DNA of 64,000 bases from Candidatus Omnitrophota bacterium (GTDB taxonomy: Bacteria > Omnitrophota > Gorgyraeia > JAHJTE01): NCBI GenBank assembly GCA_018830005.1, contig JAHJTE010000002.1, positions 73,517 through 137,516 of the forward strand, in the 5' to 3' direction. How positions within the stretch are numbered: the stretch's first letter is position 1; each line of letters opens with the position of its first letter. Both the position numbers and the translations under genes were made by a program. The notes beneath the pieces were generated by a model. The model was not told where the DNA came from and ran no database searches. It was given only the letters and a program-made list of their open reading frames with translations. Shown here in pieces: positions 30,082 through 40,618 of this stretch.

Positions 30082-30813
30082 CTAAAGTTTGATTGGTTTT
30101 CTCCCAAAAAGCTTTAGTGTTAACAAGCCTCGAATCATATTCTTAAACCATTTAAATTTATGCCATTTCATTAAAAATTGTTCAAAAACTATGATTCTTG
30201 CATATTTTTCGTATCCTAGTTTTGTCAATATATGTATACTACGATTATTGCTGGGATCTATAGCTCCTACCAGGTATCTATATCCTTGTCTACGACAAAA
30301 ATCAGTAATGTACGATTTAAGAAAAAAGCCTAATCCATTCCCCCTATATTCAGGTACTACGTAGAATTGAAATAAGTAGGCTTGATCTTCTTTAAAAATA
30401 ATCTCCAAATCAAAACCTCCCCGCAAGGGAATCTTCTTAAGAACTAAGCAAATAGCTCCGATAATACGAGCATCCCGAATAGCTAGGAAATAACGAGATT
30501 CCAAATTTAAAACATCTTCCAAATCACTTCTTTTAACTAAAATATCTTTACGCAATTCAAGATATTCATCAAAATATGTCCTATCGTTTTTAGACAGAGT
30601 TTTAATCTGGATTTTTTCCTGCCATAAACGTAGTTTTTTTTCATCAGCCTCTTTAGAAGACAGAGACTTATCCCAAAGATTCAAAATGTAAATATCAATT
30701 GCTTTTTGCTGTCGAGTTGATAAAGCTTTTATTGAACGTAGAATACTAAAAATATCTTTTCGCCATACATTCTTTAATTTTTCTTTAACCCCTTCCTCTT
30801 GAACTTGAATCAT
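30082..30813 (-). CDS. GNAT-family acetyltransferase
   Basis: YVVPEYRGNGLG motif A; N..S...KLGY. Confidence 0.8.
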   Translation of the reverse strand: MIQVQEEGVKEKLKNVWRKDIFSILRSIKALSTRQQKAIDIYILNLWDKSLSSKEADEKKLRLWQEKIQIKTLSKNDRTYFDEYLELRKDILVKRSDLEDVLNLESRYFLAIRDARIIGAICLVLKKIPLRGGFDLEIIFKEDQAYLFQFYVVPEYRGNGLGFFLKSYITDFCRRQGYRYLVGAIDPSNNRSIHILTKLGYEKYARIIVFEQFLMKWHKFKWFKNMIRGLLTLKLFGRKPIKL

Positions 30814-30851
30814 TCTGTAAATCTCCCAATAAAGATTGCTACTTGGATATA

Positions 30852-32696
30852 TTATGAATTAAAAGTTTTTGCAGCAAAAATTACAGTAACCAACGACCTA
30901 AGAACACTGCCGGAAAAGATATGATCATCACCACTCGGTAATTCCTTTTTCATTAACCTCTCAACGCTCTTAATATCCAATATTCCCTCTACGCAGGGTG
31001 CTATAGTTAAAGCCTCTGACATCAGTTTTTGAAAAGATTTGTTGCGCAGAGAAAATGTATCAACATAAAACTGCGAAGTTACAACCGGCAAATAACCGGA
31101 TAATCGCATAATGGGGAATCGCACTTTTTCATTATAGTTTTTCCACAGTTTGTATTTAACCTCGGCTTTTAATCCCCTCACTAAACCCTCAGCATATTTT
31201 GCATTTTGCTCTAAAGGAATCGCTGCAAGCTGCGGACTTTTTTTGATCAAAAGAAGATCAGTAATAAGACGACTAAACAATAAAGCCGGAGGAAGCGAAA
31301 AGACGAAATCCATTAAATCATTGTCTATGGGAGGCATCCTAAGACAATCGGCCGTAGCCAGTGCTCTAACTGATCCCCCTACTTTGAAACGGCCGTTCGT
31401 CCGTAACCACAAACCCCACATTTGATGGTAAGGATAATTCGCGATGCGTTGAATAAGGGCGACGAGTTCGTTTTTATAATCATTTACATAATCGTCAACA
31501 TCTCCCAAAAAACACTGTCGTAGTTCCTCAAGAGAGAGAAGCGACGATCCCGGAAAATTTAAGTAGTAAGCTGCCTTTTCTTGCTCGCTATTGAAGGATT
31601 TCATCTTATTGGGAAGATGCCCGCCACCGATGATTTGATCCGCTAGGTAACTTGACGTTACATAATCACAACCCTGAGAGAGTTTATTTATAGTTTCAAA
31701 AGTGTCAAGAGGAAATATGCGACGAGAAAAACTATCCAAACCTAAATATGCCCAAGCAGAATTGATATTGAAATCCCGGCAAATGGGCGAACGTTGCCAG
31801 GTGAAGCCCTGTACACGACTTACCTCTCGCGCCAGGAAGACTTCACTGTGATGCGGTTCGCCAAAAGTGACACATTCCGGCGAAATTCTAGCTTTTTTCA
31901 AGATATAACTATAGAGTCGGGAATCTTTCCCTCCAGACTGAAGATAACGTACCTTATCTCCGGGCTTAAATAGGCGTTTAACCGCATGGGTATATCTATA
32001 TTCAAGCTCATCAAGCAATAGTAGCTGGCTAGTCCCCCAATTTTTTTCTGAGAAAGGCAAAGCTTTCTCTTCAATCAGTTTCAGTTCGCCCTTATTTATC
32101 CGGTAGCTTGAATTCGGCAACAAACGAACAACATTCTCCAAAATTGTGCGTTCCTCGAATGCTATCCCCATATACAACAAATCAAACAGGCCTCTCTTAC
32201 TCAATTTTGGGGAATAACCGGGAATGAGCTTCAAAGTCATAATAGACGACGTTAAAACAAAACTATCATGGCCTACAACTACAAAAAATACCTGGTAAAT
32301 TCCCAGCCGATCCAAGGCTACTTCTGCGAATTGTTCTTTAGGGCTCAAAACAAAAAAGTTATACATGCCGTTTAAGCCGATACACGCTGATATACCCGAT
32401 TTCTTGTAAAGCATATAAAGCGATTGGGCATTGGCTTTTTGGTAAGTATCTTTCGAATTCTCCATAGATACCTTTTCACCCACATACCCGTTTAAGATGG
32501 CGATTTGATTTGAATCTCGGTCGACAAAAATATCAAGCGTATCATTCTTGTTTTGCGTATAGACAACATGGGCATTATCGAATTGGTATTTTGAAGTCGT
32601 AAGCCATGAAAAGAACTTCAATTTCGCAGCTATGCTTTTGAGAGCACTCTCACTTAAGGGTTTATTATTATGGAAATGAATGAAAAAATGACTCAT
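30852..32696 (-). CDS. Asparagine synthetase-related amide ligase
   Basis: LNG.Y, DRLG, SGGKDSR PP-loop; lacks the N-terminal Cys. Confidence 0.75.
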   Translation of the reverse strand: MSHFFIHFHNNKPLSESALKSIAAKLKFFSWLTTSKYQFDNAHVVYTQNKNDTLDIFVDRDSNQIAILNGYVGEKVSMENSKDTYQKANAQSLYMLYKKSGISACIGLNGMYNFFVLSPKEQFAEVALDRLGIYQVFFVVVGHDSFVLTSSIMTLKLIPGYSPKLSKRGLFDLLYMGIAFEERTILENVVRLLPNSSYRINKGELKLIEEKALPFSEKNWGTSQLLLLDELEYRYTHAVKRLFKPGDKVRYLQSGGKDSRLYSYILKKARISPECVTFGEPHHSEVFLAREVSRVQGFTWQRSPICRDFNINSAWAYLGLDSFSRRIFPLDTFETINKLSQGCDYVTSSYLADQIIGGGHLPNKMKSFNSEQEKAAYYLNFPGSSLLSLEELRQCFLGDVDDYVNDYKNELVALIQRIANYPYHQMWGLWLRTNGRFKVGGSVRALATADCLRMPPIDNDLMDFVFSLPPALLFSRLITDLLLIKKSPQLAAIPLEQNAKYAEGLVRGLKAEVKYKLWKNYNEKVRFPIMRLSGYLPVVTSQFYVDTFSLRNKSFQKLMSEALTIAPCVEGILDIKSVERLMKKELPSGDDHIFSGSVLRSLVTVIFAAKTFNS

Positions 32697-32876
32697 ATGC
32701 CAGCCTTCTTATTATTTATTAAGTTGCCATTCGATTTTTGCTAAGAATACCAGATTGTCGCTACCCGACATTTCAGCAGCTGCAATTCGGAATATATCAT
32801 TTTTTCTAAACGAATTAATAATTCCTGTATTCTTTAATTGCATTTTTCAATTTGTTAAGACTGCTGTTTATAGCCT

Positions 32877-34322
32877 TTACTGGGACAATACTAGCTTCTT
32901 CATTTCTATAATAAAGTTTCTTTCGATTCTGTGTAGCGAGTAAACATATACTGCTATAGCAAAAGAGAATAAGATTAAAAATCTTAATGAAATAAGCAAA
33001 TTATATGGCATAATAAAATTCTTAATCAAAATTAAACTTAATGCCATAATTAAAGATGAAATCAAGGCTGGTTTGAGGTTTAGGTAAACTTGTTTTAAAC
33101 CAAAATTCAATATTTTCATTTGAAAGCTTAAGCTAACAATAAAAGCAATAAAACTTGATGCTCCTACAACTATTCCTACTCCATTTATTCCAAATAATTT
33201 TGCCATAGGCACAATGAATATGAGAAAAATGGTTACCTGCATTGCAGTTATCCAAAAGACAATTTTTGGCTTACCACAAGCCAAAAAAACACCACCCAAA
33301 CCGGAAGATAGACTATTAAAAACACCTGCGACTGCTAAAATTTTTAAAACGCTTATTGCGCCTATCCACTTCTGTCCATAAACAAAGCTTAATAATTCTT
33401 CTGCCAAAAAAATTAGCCCTACTCCAAAAGGAAGGGCAATTAAACTAACATGCTTAAAAACTTTAAAGGATGCCCTTTTTAAATCATCTAAATTTCCTTG
33501 AAGTTTGGAATAAGCTGGAAAAATAACGCGCTGGACCTTCCCTCCAAAATAATCTCTAGCAAAATTAGCCAAATTAAAAGCGATTGCATATAGTCCTAAG
33601 GCAGCGACCCCCAAAAGCTTTCCCACTAAAAGATTATCTAAATTCATTTTTAAAAACCAAACTACTCCACCCAGAAAAAGGAACTTGCCGAAATGAAACA
33701 TTTCAAAGGCGATTTTCCTGTCAAATTCAAGTCTTGGATGCCATTTGCTAAAAACCCAAAACATTATATTTTGACAGAAAGTCTTTAATACATAAGCAAA
33801 CACTAAACTCCATATTCCTACCCCAGATATCGCCAAAATAATAGCAGTTATAGAATAAATAATTCCTGTGCTAATCTCAATCTTTGATATGTTTTTAAAC
33901 TGCATACTCTTCTCTAGCAGGGCTCTGGGAACATTTCCAAAACAACTGATAATAAAGATTACGCCTAAGGCTCTTACAACCCCCACTACTTCCTGATTAT
34001 TTAGGAATTTACCAATCACCGGTGCTGAAATTGCTAAAATCAGATATATGCTCACGCCCAACACGGGAATAATAAAAAAGGCAGTGTTTGCTGCCTTTTC
34101 TACATCGTCTTTTCTACGTATTAGTGCTGAATCAAAGCCCATGCTCTTAAATAGACCTAAGGTATCAATAGCTATAAAGGCAAGGGAAAATAAACCAAAA
34201 GTAGCTGGATTTAAAATTCGCGCTAAAACAATCGTTGTACCAAGAGAAATAATCCTACTAATAAAACTCAAACCCACAAGCCACTTTATTCCATTAACCG
34301 TTTGTTTCTTTAGGGAAGTCAT
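32877..34322 (-). CDS. wzx: Wzx flippase (PST family)
   Basis: LARILNP..FG, D.LLVGK.LG..ALGLY; many TM segments. Confidence 0.88.
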   Translation of the reverse strand: MTSLKKQTVNGIKWLVGLSFISRIISLGTTIVLARILNPATFGLFSLAFIAIDTLGLFKSMGFDSALIRRKDDVEKAANTAFFIIPVLGVSIYLILAISAPVIGKFLNNQEVVGVVRALGVIFIISCFGNVPRALLEKSMQFKNISKIEISTGIIYSITAIILAISGVGIWSLVFAYVLKTFCQNIMFWVFSKWHPRLEFDRKIAFEMFHFGKFLFLGGVVWFLKMNLDNLLVGKLLGVAALGLYAIAFNLANFARDYFGGKVQRVIFPAYSKLQGNLDDLKRASFKVFKHVSLIALPFGVGLIFLAEELLSFVYGQKWIGAISVLKILAVAGVFNSLSSGLGGVFLACGKPKIVFWITAMQVTIFLIFIVPMAKLFGINGVGIVVGASSFIAFIVSLSFQMKILNFGLKQVYLNLKPALISSLIMALSLILIKNFIMPYNLLISLRFLILFSFAIAVYVYSLHRIERNFIIEMKKLVLSQ

Positions 34323-34397
34323 TTTTATATTTCGCTTTGTATTATACGTATTTGTTTTTATTTATGAATTTTTCTATAAAATTTGATAGACATTTTG

Positions 34398-35051
34398 TTA
34401 GCTTGAGTTAACGATAACGCAATATAGTTGACCAATTTTTTTAAAATCGTATTTTTTAAATCCTGCCTTTTTTAACAAATTTTCAATACTTGTTTTTGTG
34501 TAAAAATAAACATTACAACCTTTTAATGCTAATCTTAACATTCTTAAGACAGATCGCCACGTCTTAGCTCGTGGAAAACTCATAATGGCCTTATCTCGGA
34601 TTAAAGTTTTCATTTTTGCTAAAACTGGAAGTGGCTCTTTAATATAATCAAATAATCCAATACCAATACAAACATCAAATTTCTCAACCGGCATATAATT
34701 TATAAGGTCGGTTTGAATAAATAAGCATTTTCCATTTAAACCTTCTTGATTTGCCCGGTTCTGACATATTTTAATCATCGTTTCTGAAATATCTATACCT
34801 ACTACTTTTTGCGCATTATCTTTAGCGAGCGATAGCGAATATAGACCAGTCCCGCATCCTACATCAAGAAACATTCTGTTAGAAATGGGCTTAGACGCTT
34901 CCATAGCGTACTCATAACGCTTATACATATCCCATCTAAATATCGAATCCAGTAAGTTTTTTATTTTATTTTTTTCGTGTGAATAGATTGAATCAAAATT
35001 TTTTGCTTCTCTATTCCAAAACTTTTTTTGTTTAATGAACTCTTCATTCAT
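34398..35051 (-). CDS. Class I SAM-dependent methyltransferase
   Basis: LDVGCGTG, GIDIS. Confidence 0.88.
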   Translation of the reverse strand: MNEEFIKQKKFWNREAKNFDSIYSHEKNKIKNLLDSIFRWDMYKRYEYAMEASKPISNRMFLDVGCGTGLYSLSLAKDNAQKVVGIDISETMIKICQNRANQEGLNGKCLFIQTDLINYMPVEKFDVCIGIGLFDYIKEPLPVLAKMKTLIRDKAIMSFPRAKTWRSVLRMLRLALKGCNVYFYTKTSIENLLKKAGFKKYDFKKIGQLYCVIVNSS

Positions 35052-35869
35052 AAAGATAAGATCTCCTTTATTGAAGTAAATTCAAAATCACTTAATAATT
35101 TATTAAGCCTTTTAAATGTTTTACCCAAATTATAATAATGCCTGAACCGTTTAAAGCCCCCTACCTTTACTCGTGGCTGCTTACTATCTATCTCCCATGG
35201 ATGTAAATAGAAAATAACAGGACGACCTTGCTTCATACAATGTTTTATGAAGAATTTAGTTAAAGGATACGGAAAAAGTCGGAAATATCCGCCACCACTG
35301 CAAGGCACTCTTCTGCCATAAAACTCTGCACAACTTAAAGGAACTTCAATAAGTGAGTTATCAAATTCATAAATAGATAGTTGGGAATTTGGTATTCCAT
35401 AATCTGGATGAAAACTAATGGGAAAAATTGAAGAATCATACCGAATGCCATTTTTTATAAGAATATCCAGAGCCCACAATGTATCTTTTTTGATTGTAAA
35501 AGACGGTGCTCGAAATCCTAGAATTTCATCATGCTTTATGCATCTTTTTGTGACATATAGAGCTTTTTTCAAATCTTCTTCAAAACCAATTGGTGTCATT
35601 TCGGTAATCAAGGTATGAGAGTATCCGTGAGTGGCTATTTCGTGACCTCTTTCTTCAATTTCACTAATTAAATCAGGAACTCGCTCGGCTATCCAACCAA
35701 GAATAAAAAAAGTTGCTTTGGTGTTATATTTGACAAATAGATCAAGAATTTGTCTCGTATTTTTTACTAGTCGTAGTTCGCATTTTCCCCAATCCTCCTT
35801 CTTGATAACTGAGCTTAAATTTTCAACACAAAACCAATCTTCTAAATCAACAGATATAGCATTTTTCAT
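35048..35869 (-). CDS. PEP-CTERM/XrtA-system polysaccharide deacetylase
   Basis: SVDLEDWF, ATFFILGW, HGYSH, FRAPSF, GGGYFRL, YLHPWEID. Confidence 0.9.
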   Translation of the reverse strand: MKNAISVDLEDWFCVENLSSVIKKEDWGKCELRLVKNTRQILDLFVKYNTKATFFILGWIAERVPDLISEIEERGHEIATHGYSHTLITEMTPIGFEEDLKKALYVTKRCIKHDEILGFRAPSFTIKKDTLWALDILIKNGIRYDSSIFPISFHPDYGIPNSQLSIYEFDNSLIEVPLSCAEFYGRRVPCSGGGYFRLFPYPLTKFFIKHCMKQGRPVIFYLHPWEIDSKQPRVKVGGFKRFRHYYNLGKTFKRLNKLLSDFEFTSIKEILSL

Positions 35870-35949
35870 TTCCTCTATTCCCTTCTCGTTAACTTTGATA
35901 AATTAATCGTTTACTTGTTTAGTGCTTTTTCTTATGTTGATACCTTTGC

Positions 35950-36804
35950 TTATTTCTCCGCGACAACCCGTATTCCTAAAAATGCCTTAAATGGTGCTGT
36001 ATTAGCTATATCTACCTTTAGTTTCGGTGGAAGTAGATCCAAGCCATTTTCAAGCCATCCAACTAAGTATGCGGGACACCGCATATAAACCCCCTTCCCT
36101 CCAATATATATCGTTACTTTTGAAAAACCGGCTTCTTTAAAAAGCTGACTAAGTTCCTTCACACTATACTCTTTCAAATGAAAGCCTGTCGCAGAATTGT
36201 CAAAATATTTTGAGATATCATGAGGACCTGATAGACGGCTTGGAGTAATACAGATATATTTTCCACCCCGAGATAAAGTCCTATAAATTTCCCTAAGTTG
36301 CTCAAAGGCATCTTCTGGATGAAGATGTTCCATAAGCTGGTAACTATAGGCAATATTTATACTTTCTGACTCAATAGGAATATGACATCCATCGGAAATG
36401 ATGACTTTTAGCTTTTTGGAAAAATCACTGTTTTTTGTTATGACCTCTGATACATCAACAGCGTAGACATTCTTGACATATCGAGAAACCTCAGACGATA
36501 AGCTACAATCGCCGGCTCCGATTTCAAGAAATACAGCCTCAGGATACAAAAATCGTTTAAGAAGCCTCATTTGCCTTCGGACAGCAGCGTTTCTTGCTTC
36601 GTGACTATGCTTACGAGCTAAAAGAGAATGTCCAGGAACACGATGAAATAGTTCATCATAAAGAACATTATACAATTCAATCCTCTCTTCTTTGTGGGCA
36701 TTACGAAGCCTATTAGATAACTCTTTTTCAACCTCATAATGTTGCCTTAGTTGTTCGTGCGTCCTTTTTTCCCACTCAGGAGGCTTAATGCGTAAGATTT
36801 TCAT
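35950..36804 (-). CDS. Class I SAM-dependent methyltransferase
   Basis: LEIGAGD, MEHLHP, GFHLKEY. Confidence 0.85.
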   Translation of the reverse strand: MKILRIKPPEWEKRTHEQLRQHYEVEKELSNRLRNAHKEERIELYNVLYDELFHRVPGHSLLARKHSHEARNAAVRRQMRLLKRFLYPEAVFLEIGAGDCSLSSEVSRYVKNVYAVDVSEVITKNSDFSKKLKVIISDGCHIPIESESINIAYSYQLMEHLHPEDAFEQLREIYRTLSRGGKYICITPSRLSGPHDISKYFDNSATGFHLKEYSVKELSQLFKEAGFSKVTIYIGGKGVYMRCPAYLVGWLENGLDLLPPKLKVDIANTAPFKAFLGIRVVAEK

Positions 36805-36859
36805 GTATTTATCATCTATTTAACTCTGAATACTGACATCTGATAACCAACAACTACTA

Positions 36860-37648
36860 TCAGAGGTAGCGATAAAGATACCCAGGTATATGATACTGAA
36901 GATTAGTAAGGATATATCCTAGAATCTTGGCTTGGGCCTGCCTTAACAACCCTTCCCCATGCTTAAGCACACCTTTCTGAGTTCTGTTTGTCTGCACTAC
37001 CATTATTACGCCATCAGTTTGAGCCCCTAGGAGACCAGCATCTGTTACTGGAATAATAGGTGGTGCATCAAAGATGATATAATCATACTTTGACTTGAGG
37101 ACTTTAATGAAGTTTTTTGACTGAGGTGAGCCCAGGAGTTCGGCAGGATTATGGGGGGATTTGCCTGACGGTAAAACGGTGAGATTAGCAATGCCTATAT
37201 CAACTAACGCATCATCTACATTTGCGCCATTGCTCAATAAATCTGAAAGTCCAACTTCCTCTTTAAATCCTAAATACTTGCTAATCCTTCCTCTGCGCAT
37301 ATCCGCATCTACCAGTATAATCTTTTTATTATGCAGATCATGTGCCATGGAGATTGCTAAGTTTATGGCAGTAATTGTCTTTCCTTCTCCATGAGTAGAG
37401 CTGGTAATAGTAATCGCCTTAATCGGGTACTTTGAATCAATTGCCTGGATATTAGTGCGAAGTTTCTTATATTGCTCTGCCACAGATGAAGATGGTTCGT
37501 GTAAACTTACGATCCTAGGGTCGATCTTTGAATCAAGGCGTTTTTTGACTACAAACTCAAACTTCATGCCTGCTTTTTCCTCAAACTTTTCAATCTTTTG
37601 CAGTCTTTCTTCAGCTGCCTTTTTTAATGCATTGGTGATTTTACCCAT
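36860..37648 (-). CDS. BY-kinase (CpsD/CapB-type tyrosine autokinase)
   Basis: EQYKKLRT, GEGKT, DADMRR, DAPP; C-terminal Tyr cluster YHIPGYLYRY. Confidence 0.9.
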   Translation of the reverse strand: MGKITNALKKAAEERLQKIEKFEEKAGMKFEFVVKKRLDSKIDPRIVSLHEPSSSVAEQYKKLRTNIQAIDSKYPIKAITITSSTHGEGKTITAINLAISMAHDLHNKKIILVDADMRRGRISKYLGFKEEVGLSDLLSNGANVDDALVDIGIANLTVLPSGKSPHNPAELLGSPQSKNFIKVLKSKYDYIIFDAPPIIPVTDAGLLGAQTDGVIMVVQTNRTQKGVLKHGEGLLRQAQAKILGYILTNLQYHIPGYLYRYL

Positions 37649-38468
37649 TGTCTTTTCTCCTAGTTAGAAAATTCCATTCTTTTATTGATTCATCTATAAA
37701 TTTCTTTGTTATTGTTTTCATTTCGTAAACGTATCCGGAAAGAAGCGCGCTATCACAAACAAGGTTAATTAACCTGGGGACTCCTTTTGAGTAAGTATAG
37801 ATTGAATCTAAGGCGCCTTGACTAAATATGTCAACTCCATTTGAACTTGCTACCTTTAGCCTATGACGGATATAATCCTGGGCCTCATTTTTATCTAACG
37901 CTTCTAAGTGATAATAGACAGAGATTCTCTGTTTAAATTGTTCTAAGCGAGGATGCTCTAATTTTGTCCGTAATTGTGGCTGGCCAATAAGTATGATCTG
38001 AATCATCTTATCAGTTTCAGTTTCTAAATTAGAGAGCATCCTCACCTCTTCTAATACCTTTGGGGTCAAATTCTGTGCTTCATCAATTATCAATACGACA
38101 TTTATATCATTACTGAGTTGTTTTATAAGGTAGGCATTAAGTTGAGATAATAGCTTTTGTTTACTTCCTGATTTGAAATCAATTTCTAGCTCTTCTAGAA
38201 TTTGTGCAATCAACTCCTTGCAAGTCAGATGGCTATTGGTAATAAGGGCTACTTTGGTAGCACAATCAAGTTTATTAAGGAGTGTTCTGCAGATAGTAGT
38301 CTTACCTGCCCCAATCTCACCTGTTATCACGACAAAGCCCTTTCTTTCGCTTATAGCATAGATCAGGCTATTTAAGGCCTCTGTATGCTTAGAGCTAGGG
38401 AAGAAAAACCTTGAATCTGGTGTTGTGTTAAAGGGTTTATCAGTGAACTGATAGAATTTTTCGTACAT
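37641..38468 (-). CDS. ExeA-like AAA ATPase, PEP-CTERM system-associated
   Basis: PF..TPD, GEIGAGKT, IIDEAQNL, LIGQPQL, G.PRLIN. Confidence 0.9.
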   Translation of the reverse strand: MYEKFYQFTDKPFNTTPDSRFFFPSSKHTEALNSLIYAISERKGFVVITGEIGAGKTTICRTLLNKLDCATKVALITNSHLTCKELIAQILEELEIDFKSGSKQKLLSQLNAYLIKQLSNDINVVLIIDEAQNLTPKVLEEVRMLSNLETETDKMIQIILIGQPQLRTKLEHPRLEQFKQRISVYYHLEALDKNEAQDYIRHRLKVASSNGVDIFSQGALDSIYTYSKGVPRLINLVCDSALLSGYVYEMKTITKKFIDESIKEWNFLTRRKDNG

Positions 38469-38477
38469 AATTTACCT

Positions 38478-39794
38478 CTAGCTTCTAAAGAAAGCCATAA
38501 ACATTGAAATGATAATAAGCAATGCGCTGACTACTAAACCAATAATAATTATCATCTTTTTCTTTCTTTTTTCCTTATCAATCTCTTCCTGGGTAGTAAG
38601 CCGGGAAATCGCTCCTAATATAGGGAGCTCTAAATTACTTTTTGCATCTTCTATATCCAGGAAAGACTTATCCATAAATTCCCTGCCTAAGACCAGACCA
38701 GTACCAGCCATACCTCCAAAGAAAAGACCTAAGAATATAACTAGTATTTTCTTAGGCTTAGAAGGCTGTAAGGGTAATCTGGGAGGGTCTAAAATAGTAT
38801 AACGAGTCCCTTCTTTTGATACTTCCAGGCGCTGGGTAATCTTTGCAGTTTCAAGCTTTTGTAAGAGCATATTGTAAATATTCTCATTTACTCTTATATC
38901 CCGGGCTAAGACAGAGTCAATCTTATCCATTAACAGCAATTTATAAATAGAGTCTCTTGCGCTTTCGCCCTCATTAGCAGCATCATTGGAAGCATAAGCT
39001 GTTGCGCCAATTGAAGACAAGCTATCTCCTGTAACCTTGTCTATCTCTTCTTTTAAAGCCTCATATACTGGATTTGTTACTGGCTTCTCAATATCTCCTA
39101 CCTCGTATCCTCCAGAATTAAGCTCCTGATTTAGGGCCTGTATTTTCTGCCTTAAGTCCTTAACCATGGGGTGCTGTTCAGTAGAATCACCGAGAAGCTT
39201 CTTAAGCTGATCTTCTAATGATGCAATCTCTGTTTCCTTTATCTTTCTCTTATAGATCCTTAGCTGGTCTTTAATAAATTCTATGGCTACATCTGTTTCT
39301 TTACTCTGGGACTGAACGTTCTTTTCAATAAATACATCAGTTATAGTCTTTGCAATAAGCTGGGTCTCTTCAGGTTCTTTGCCAAAATAAGCTAATCTTA
39401 TAATATTAGGTCCACGCATCTGAACTAGGATATTATTTCTTAAGCTTTTTATAAGATTTTCATATTCTAACTGGTTTTTTACATTCTTTGCTAAATCCAG
39501 CTTTTTAGCTAACTCTACCAGACTGCTCCAGCTTAATATCTGCTCCCGTAGGGTGCGCATCCTCTGTGCAACTGAAGTAGATACAGCCAGGCCTTGAATT
39601 AAAGGATTAATAATCTTCTCTTCCTCAACCAAAATCACAGTTGAAGATTCATATGTTGGCGGTAAAGTAAAGGCAAGAGTAATGCTTATCACCAACCCCG
39701 CAAATATCGGAGTTATAAACAGCCATTTTCTTCTAAAGAGTATCTTTAGATAATCTGCCGGGTTTCTTTGTTTAGCGTTTTCATAATTTTCCAT
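38478..39794 (-). CDS. Polysaccharide chain-length determinant / co-polymerase
   Basis: RRKW+TM, coiled coil, T.QHP.V, ILDPP.LP..P, C-terminal TMs. Confidence 0.88.
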   Translation of the reverse strand: MENYENAKQRNPADYLKILFRRKWLFITPIFAGLVISITLAFTLPPTYESSTVILVEEEKIINPLIQGLAVSTSVAQRMRTLREQILSWSSLVELAKKLDLAKNVKNQLEYENLIKSLRNNILVQMRGPNIIRLAYFGKEPEETQLIAKTITDVFIEKNVQSQSKETDVAIEFIKDQLRIYKRKIKETEIASLEDQLKKLLGDSTEQHPMVKDLRQKIQALNQELNSGGYEVGDIEKPVTNPVYEALKEEIDKVTGDSLSSIGATAYASNDAANEGESARDSIYKLLLMDKIDSVLARDIRVNENIYNMLLQKLETAKITQRLEVSKEGTRYTILDPPRLPLQPSKPKKILVIFLGLFFGGMAGTGLVLGREFMDKSFLDIEDAKSNLELPILGAISRLTTQEEIDKEKRKKKMIIIIGLVVSALLIIISMFMAFFRS

Positions 39795-39808
39795 TTTTTC
39801 CTCTTTTT

Positions 39809-40618
39809 TTATGGGGTCATGGTTGTTGCTGAACGAACACCAGAAGCAGCTGTTCCAACTGGTGCAACAACCGGATTAATTACTCTCATAATCTTTGCCA
39901 TTACCGTAGCCGGAACGTAAAATACATCACCCGGTTTCATCTCTATATTCTTTTTTAGTTCTCCACCGTAAAGGATCGAATACAAATCAACCTTCTTTTT
40001 CTTTCCCTTGCCGTTTTCAGAAGGGGTTATCAACTCGCATTTACGCATAGCAGCAGCTAAGGTAGGCAGACCTGCCTGAACTACAGCCTCTCTTACGGGT
40101 ATATTCTCTGAGCGCATATAATATTTCCCAGGTCTTGCTACCTCTCCAAGTACATAGATAACCTTGCTTTTATAATCTAAAATGGTTATGTTTATTTCAG
40201 GGCTTATGATGAAATTAGCAACAAGCTCCTTAATTTTTTCTTCCAGCTCCTTTTTGGTAAGACCTGTAACCTCTATATCTCCTACAAATTTATACTGTAT
40301 CTTTCCTTCTAGATTTATAGGATAAACTCCGCTAAACTCGGGGTGGCGCATTACAGTTATCTCTACCACATCCTCAGGTCCTAATGTGTATTTTAATGGA
40401 TCAAAGTAGTTGGCATTAGCAGGAATTGAACTAGCAAAATCTAAGGCTGGAACACTGGCTGCTTGACTGTCCTTAGGTATCACCTCAACAGCTCGCATGG
40501 TCCTGCCATCCTTGGAGATGATCTCTGTTGCCCTTATGGTCTTGTCCTGGGCAAATGCCGGAACTAAAAACAGACCAATTACTAAAACAATAGTAAAAAT
40601 CTTAATTATCTTATTCAT
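39809..40618 (-). CDS. Polysaccharide export protein (Wza/Poly_export + SLBB)
   Basis: YTLGPEDVV.I.V, G.I....VG.I.V.GL, VLGEVARPG; SPase I-type signal (AFA). Confidence 0.88.
   Translation of the reverse strand: MNKIIKIFTIVLVIGLFLVPAFAQDKTIRATEIISKDGRTMRAVEVIPKDSQAASVPALDFASSIPANANYFDPLKYTLGPEDVVEITVMRHPEFSGVYPINLEGKIQYKFVGDIEVTGLTKKELEEKIKELVANFIISPEINITILDYKSKVIYVLGEVARPGKYYMRSENIPVREAVVQAGLPTLAAAMRKCELITPSENGKGKKKKVDLYSILYGGELKKNIEMKPGDVFYVPATVMAKIMRVINPVVAPVGTAASGVRSATTMTP

Noticed and set aside
32712-32843. 43-codon minus-strand ORF (MQLKNTG...) between wzx and the AsnB-like gene
   Set aside because: No RBS or recognisable motif; may be a gene remnant but cannot be supported
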